This document shows positions 15,912-20,000 of a stretch of DNA of 20,000 bases, in pieces. The notes beneath the pieces were generated by a model that had not been told where the DNA came from, ran no database searches, and was given only the letters and a program-made list of their open reading frames with translations. Position 1 is the stretch's first letter; each line of letters opens with the position of its first letter. Origin of the DNA: an uncultured virus (IMG/VR IMGVR_UViG_3300029448_000012) (lineage: Duplodnaviria; Heunggongvirae; Uroviricota; Caudoviricetes); the IMG/VR virus record IMGVR_UViG_3300029448_000012; one strand, 5' to 3'. The position numbers were made by a program, and so were the translations under genes.

Positions 15912-16603
15912 TTAATGCGTTTGTAATTTGCGTAAAGAGTAATGACTTATCCGAAAGAGCTACAATACGGCTCGAAGAATCGCGACCAGTAAACGTCGCA
16001 ATGAATATCTTTGATGCTGTTACACCAGATAACGTCGACAAAGTAATGAAAGACAATAAAGTTTATTGGAACTATCCGTGGGAAAGCGAAGAAATAGACT
16101 TTGCATCTGGTCTTATCAAAAAGGCTTATCCGACTAAAGATCCAAAGAAAAGAATGGCATGCTTTATGTCACATTATCTTTTATGGCAGCGGTGTATCAA
16201 GGATAACGTACCAATTATTATTCATGAACATGATGCCATATACTATAATGATGAGCCTCTTCCACTTGAAGATTTTGAAAAGTCAAAGTATAATATCATT
16301 GGCCTTAATAATCCACGTGGTGCTACACGATTATCTGCAGTCTATGATCGTGTAGTACAAGAATCGATTGGAAAAATTGTACGTGCTCCAATTATTGATG
16401 GTGATATGGTCCCTCAGGGAATCGCGGGTAATAGTTCCTATTACATGAATCCACGAGGTGCACGAGAAATGGTGTCTCTGGTCGAAAAATATGGCGCATG
16501 GCCAAATGATGCACTTATGTGTCGTCAACTCGTCGGTACTCTTGGACAGACTAAAAAGTATTATACATATGTACAAGGATTGCAAAGTACAACGTCATCA
16601 TGA
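15908..16603 (+). CDS. Glycosyltransferase family 25-like protein
   Basis: AFVI, FDAV, ACFMSHYLLWQ.C, IIIHEHDA, SYYMNP.GA, PND motifs. Confidence 0.82.
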   Translation: MINAFVICVKSNDLSERATIRLEESRPVNVAMNIFDAVTPDNVDKVMKDNKVYWNYPWESEEIDFASGLIKKAYPTKDPKKRMACFMSHYLLWQRCIKDNVPIIIHEHDAIYYNDEPLPLEDFEKSKYNIIGLNNPRGATRLSAVYDRVVQESIGKIVRAPIIDGDMVPQGIAGNSSYYMNPRGAREMVSLVEKYGAWPNDALMCRQLVGTLGQTKKYYTYVQGLQSTTSS

Positions 16604-17244
16604 AATCATTTGTTATTACAATTAAAGACAATAAACAGTCAATTGATTCAGCTAAATTATGCATTAGTTCAGCTGCTAAGTTTGGCATTCAAGTAGAACA
16701 CCATTGGGGTAACACTCCAAGAAATATTGATATTCATGAATGGTTCAGAGAAAGGCATATCTCTGATCGGTATTTTCATGAAGAATATTCTCGACTTGAA
16801 AACTGTATGGCTGCATTCTCATCTCATTATACTCTATGGCATGAATGTATGAAAGCAAATACACCATTTCTTATCTTTGAACATGATGCAATTGTTGTTG
16901 ATAAGATTCCAATGGTAACGCGAGGTCATATTGTTAATTTTGGTAAGCCATCATATGGAAACTTTGAAATTCCAAACTTTGTCGGTGAGTCAAAAATGTT
17001 TTCAAAGGATTATTTACCAGGAGCTCACGCATATAAAATAACTCCGGCTGCTGCAACCGAACTTATTGCAAGAGCTCCGTTTGAAGCAGGACCAACTGAT
17101 CTCTATATACATAATCAAAGGTTCCCTTTCATTACTGAAGTTTACCCATGGCCAGTTGAAGTACACGAAACATTTACAACAATTCAAAGAAAAATGGGTT
17201 GTTATGCGAAACATCAATACAATGAACAATACCAAGTTATATGA
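16600..17244 (+). CDS. Glycosyltransferase family 25-like protein
   Basis: SFVI, AAFSSHYTLWHEC, LIFEHDA, GAHAYKITPAAA, PTD motifs. Confidence 0.8.
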   Translation: MKSFVITIKDNKQSIDSAKLCISSAAKFGIQVEHHWGNTPRNIDIHEWFRERHISDRYFHEEYSRLENCMAAFSSHYTLWHECMKANTPFLIFEHDAIVVDKIPMVTRGHIVNFGKPSYGNFEIPNFVGESKMFSKDYLPGAHAYKITPAAATELIARAPFEAGPTDLYIHNQRFPFITEVYPWPVEVHETFTTIQRKMGCYAKHQYNEQYQVI

Positions 17245-17872
17245 TAAAGCCTTTCTTACAGGCGCAGATCTTAATACAGAATGGCAGCTTCCTTGGTTCT
17301 TTGAGAATTACAAGAAGCACAACAATGCACCAATCATGTTTGCAGACTTTGGTGTAATCGATCGAGATGCAATTGTGCCACATGTGCATGCAATACTTGA
17401 TATGACTAAGGTGCAAGAAAAGGGTTGGTTCAAAAAACCAAAAGCATTGTATAATGCACCAGCCAAAAAGACTGTATGGATCGATACAGACTGTCAGATT
17501 AAAAGTAACATTTCAGACATCTTTGACCTGCTTGTACCAAATAAACTTAATATGGTAGAGGACAGACCATGGGCAAAACGTCGTGGTGGTGTGCAGTTTA
17601 ACAGTGGCGTTGTTGGTATTGTAGGCAAACCATTGATTGTACAGATGTGGTGCCAATGGATTAAAGATAATCCGGGTGTCGGAGATCAAGAAACACTTAC
17701 TGAGCACCTCAATCCTATTACTCAAATGACATATATTAATCCATTACCGAATGAATACAACTGGTTAAGATTACAGATTGAACACGATAACGAACCTGCA
17801 ACAAATGCAAAGGTTGTGCATTGGACTGGTGCAAAAGGAAACGATCGTATACGGGAGCAAATGAATGCCTAG
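17204..17872 (+). CDS. GT8-like glycosyltransferase
   Basis: ADFG, WFKKP, VWIDTDC (DxD), FNSGVV, GDQE, EYNW, VHWTG..G motifs. Start ATG 17204 or 17222, not 17066. Confidence 0.8.
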   Translation: MRNINTMNNTKLYDKAFLTGADLNTEWQLPWFFENYKKHNNAPIMFADFGVIDRDAIVPHVHAILDMTKVQEKGWFKKPKALYNAPAKKTVWIDTDCQIKSNISDIFDLLVPNKLNMVEDRPWAKRRGGVQFNSGVVGIVGKPLIVQMWCQWIKDNPGVGDQETLTEHLNPITQMTYINPLPNEYNWLRLQIEHDNEPATNAKVVHWTGAKGNDRIREQMNA

Positions 17873-18572
17873 GACTGTACATATAATTGGTAATGGCGAC
17901 TCGGCTAGCCTCTATCTCAAAGAACAGCGTAAAGGACTTAAACTGTGTTGTAATCAAGTTCCATTCGAGGTACCAGACAAATGGGCTACAGTCATGGTAG
18001 ACTTCAAGATGATGGATGCACTTACACGTAGATTTAAAGGTGATCTAACCGGTCTTGTTATTCCTGGCAACTGGGTTCTCGGTTACAGACCTAAAAAATG
18101 GATGGAAGCACGTCCAAATTTTCATATGGCCAAAGCACAGCAGATTCGAGAGTTTTATACAGAACTGCCACGATACACATGGGATACTCGTAAAGGTGAA
18201 GACATGGGTCGAGGATATACGAACTGGAACTGTGGACATATGGCTACACACTATGCATGCAATCGACTCAAAGCTGAAGAAGTGCATATGTATGGTTTTG
18301 ATTCGATCTTTGACTTTAACATGAATAGCTTTACAGATTTAGTTTTAGAGTCTGATCGTGGTCTTATGAATAACCAAAGACTTTCAAGTAACTGGCGACC
18401 AATATGGGAAAACCTCTTTCAAGAATTTCCGAACGTCACTTTTAAGATACATTACTTTCATAGTGCTTTTAAAATCAAAACTTTAAACAACGTAGAAGCA
18501 GTAGTCTATAAGAAAGAAAAACAAACTGCTGTTGAAACCAAAGTTAACTTTGATCAAATATCCGAAGCCTGA
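17865..18572 (+). CDS. Sialyltransferase/Maf-like (GT29/GT42-like Rossmann) nonulosonate-transferase candidate
   Basis: N-terminal VHIIGNGDS, CN, D, NCG..A..YA, EEVHMYGFD pattern shared by CstII/Maf-type folds; GGGAG RBS. Confidence 0.6.
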   Translation: MPRTVHIIGNGDSASLYLKEQRKGLKLCCNQVPFEVPDKWATVMVDFKMMDALTRRFKGDLTGLVIPGNWVLGYRPKKWMEARPNFHMAKAQQIREFYTELPRYTWDTRKGEDMGRGYTNWNCGHMATHYACNRLKAEEVHMYGFDSIFDFNMNSFTDLVLESDRGLMNNQRLSSNWRPIWENLFQEFPNVTFKIHYFHSAFKIKTLNNVEAVVYKKEKQTAVETKVNFDQISEA

Positions 18573-18727
18573 TCGTCAAGGTACGAAATAGCCGCAGACG
18601 TATGCTTTTTAAATTCATACAGTTCATCGGTTAACTCAGCAACACGCTTACGAAGATAGTTAATCTCTCTTTGCATTTCGCGCATTTCTTTTTGATACAA
18701 TTCTTCTCGTGTTATAACTTTTTCCAT
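18554..18727 (-). CDS. 57-aa coiled-coil hypothetical protein (absent from ORF track)
   Basis: MEKVITREELYQKEMREMQREINYLRKRVAELTDELYEFKKHTSAAISYLDDQASDI*; GAGGA upstream; overlaps the end of the HExxH gene and converges on 17865..18572. Confidence 0.7.
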   Translation of the reverse strand: MEKVITREELYQKEMREMQREINYLRKRVAELTDELYEFKKHTSAAISYLDDQASDI

Positions 18728-19086
18728 TTATCCAAAAGTTCCTCTTGTAGTTGATATGCTTCTATTTCAGAAGGCCGGTCATAGTATGATATATCTTCTT
18801 CTTTTGAGTAGTCACTGCCTCGCTCAGACTGACGAACATGCACCATTTCATGCCAAAGTGCAGTAAGTAAGTCATCTTCTTCAAGTTCAGGATGTAACTC
18901 AATTTCATGTGTATACTTATCTACATGTAGATGCCAACCACATGCAGAATCACCGGTATCACACAGAGATATCGTTACATCGAGATTTTGTTTACGAGGC
19001 ATCAGCTCATCAACACCGAACCAAAATGCCTGTTCAAGCAAATTAATACGACTACTATCTGCATATAAGATATCACACCTAATCAT
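18712..19086 (-). CDS. HExxH zinc metallopeptidase-like protein (SprT/ImmA-like)
   Basis: The listed protein reads only from the reverse complement (CAT 19084-19086, TTA 18712-18714), so the track's + strand label is wrong. LWHEMVHVRQ and P.EIEAY motifs. Confidence 0.85.
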   Translation of the reverse strand: MIRCDILYADSSRINLLEQAFWFGVDELMPRKQNLDVTISLCDTGDSACGWHLHVDKYTHEIELHPELEEDDLLTALWHEMVHVRQSERGSDYSKEEDISYYDRPSEIEAYQLQEELLDKWKKL

Positions 19087-19119
19087 AGTATACCTTCCCT
19101 CTTTAGCTTAACTCTATTA

Positions 19120-19147
19120 ATTATACCATATTTAGCAGGAAAGTAAA
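19120..19147 (-). promoter_or_regulatory. Leftward early/sigma70 promoter
   Basis: On the minus strand: TTTACT (19147-19142), 16-nt spacer, TGnTATAAT (19125-19120); GAGGGAAGG RBS before ATG 19086. Confidence 0.7.
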
Positions 19148-19176
19148 GGAAAAAATTTTTTTTTTAAAAAAAACAC

Positions 19177-19221
19177 AAGTGGTTGTTTTTAAACGAAATA
19201 AAAATGCATTTTTTTGTTTAC
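19177..19221 (+). repeat. Upstream element repeat shared with 9382-9426
   Basis: 41/45 nt identical to 9382-9426, ending in GTTTAC. Confidence 0.85.
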
Positions 19222-19245
19222 AATCCCTCTTTTTTATGGTAAGAT
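19216..19245 (+). promoter_or_regulatory. Rightward T4-type early promoter
   Basis: GTTTACA (19216-19222), 17-nt spacer, TGnTAAGAT (19240-19245). Confidence 0.75.
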
Positions 19246-19279
19246 GTATATACAAAATGAGGAAAACAGGAGTTCCAAA

Positions 19280-19561
19280 ATGTACAAGTTCTTAAAAAAT
19301 GTAGTTGCTCTCGAATCTAGCCTGATGCAGAGCGTTATTAAGTTTGAAGGTGTTGACCAAGATATGGCTGACATATATGCTCAAGATCGTAACGATGTAA
19401 TTCGTTGTAAGGAATTGTTTGCTGCTGGCAAGATTAACCAGCTTAACAACAAGCTCAATCATCTCGACACACATATTCGTGAAGGTATCGTAGTTGCCTT
19501 TGCCAAAGATCTTGGTGCAGAGTGGGTTAAGAATGCTTTTGGTTATGAGGTACGTGTATAA
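19280..19561 (+). CDS. Early hypothetical protein
   Basis: AGGAG (19268-19272) before ATG 19280; the track's start at 19214 lies within the promoter. Confidence 0.75.
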   Translation: MYKFLKNVVALESSLMQSVIKFEGVDQDMADIYAQDRNDVIRCKELFAAGKINQLNNKLNHLDTHIREGIVVAFAKDLGAEWVKNAFGYEVRV

Positions 19562-19809
19562 TGCAATTAGATATGTTTACAGATTTGGCTGATCAAGCTA
19601 ACATTGTTCATAACGGCATGCCAAAGCATGGTTCACCACAAGATCGTGGTTCTGCTGACAAGTATTATGACCGGCCGTATGATCCTCACTGGTATCCTGC
19701 AGAAACCTATAAAGGTGACCGTATCGGTGCAAAAGATATGACACCTGCTCAAATCGAAGAATACCGTTACGGCTGGGAAAACGAAGAAGATAAAAAAGAT
19801 TGGGGTTAA
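19561..19809 (+). CDS. Hypothetical phage protein (HGSP.DRGSAD.YY motif)
   Basis: TAATG coupling, GAGG RBS; motif recalled from small early proteins of aquatic myophages. Confidence 0.75.
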   Translation: MQLDMFTDLADQANIVHNGMPKHGSPQDRGSADKYYDRPYDPHWYPAETYKGDRIGAKDMTPAQIEEYRYGWENEEDKKDWG

Positions 19810-19812
19810 GTC

Positions 19813-19992
19813 GTGAATATCAATAGTGAGTTAATTGAAGGCTATTATAATCAGCTTTCGTCAGTTGAACCCGAAGCGCTCCTCCTCTTTCTCCTCCTCT
19901 CCCTAGTAGCGCTTTGGGTTCTCAATACTCTTTTAAAAGCTCCAATATGGATCTTTCTTGTAGGTGCAATTGCTTGGTTATACCTTTATTAA
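19813..19992 (+). CDS. 59-aa two-TM membrane protein (absent from ORF track)
   Basis: GTG start 3 nt after the previous stop; ALLLFLLLSLVALWVL and APIWIFLVGAIAWLYLY hydrophobic segments. Confidence 0.6.
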   Translation: MNINSELIEGYYNQLSSVEPEALLLFLLLSLVALWVLNTLLKAPIWIFLVGAIAWLYLY

Positions 19993-20000
19993 TAATGCCT

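Noticed and set aside
17066..17203. N-terminal extensions in the ORF track (also starts 74, 1253, 4867, 9745, 11247, 12520, 19214)
   Set aside because: These are longest-ORF starts lying deep in upstream genes or promoters. Downstream starts with RBS or coupling fit better; for 74 the frame is open to the window edge.
11243..18324. Numerous minus-strand and nested ORFs of 60-146 aa across the island
   Set aside because: All lie within well-supported + strand genes and have no motifs or expression signals.
18712..19086. ORF track entry labelled + strand
   Set aside because: The + strand at 18712 begins TTA TAA (immediate stop). The listed protein matches only the reverse complement starting at CAT 19084-19086.
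19150..19173. A6-T10-A8 homopolymer run as a terminator or phase-variable tract
   Set aside because: No GC stem; adequately explained as an AT-rich UP region between divergent promoters. Run length may also be a sequencing artefact.
1..20000. tRNA, riboswitch (e.g. cobalamin upstream of nrdJ) or other ncRNA
   Set aside because: Intergenic gaps are short and occupied by promoters; the nrdJ leader is only about 30 nt. No cloverleaf was seen by eye, though tRNAscan/Infernal were not run.

Overview
AT-rich, densely coded, almost entirely + strand segment of a large T4-like myophage, most likely infecting a marine Gram-negative bacterium. Evidence: GTTTAC-N17-TATAAT early promoters, TATAAATA late promoters, EndoII-like GIY-YIG nuclease, and the FmdB-like/PhoH/exonuclease block. 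Left to right: (1) a putative lysis module with overlapping i-/o-spanin-like genes, a class 3 lipase and two small membrane proteins; (2) a class II (B12-dependent, monomeric RTPR-type) ribonucleotide reductase followed by nucleotide/DNA metabolism genes; (3) two near-identical early-promoter cassettes bracketing a strongly G-depleted small gene; (4) a ~6.8 kb translationally coupled island of about 7 glycosyltransferase-like and 2 methyltransferase genes, downstream of a late promoter; (5) a divergent early-promoter pair. The supplied ORF track gives the wrong strand for 18712..19086 (it reads on the minus strand) and omits several genes shorter than 60 aa. No tRNA, rRNA, CRISPR, IS element or intron was recognised. 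All family calls are by-eye motif recognition, not database searches.
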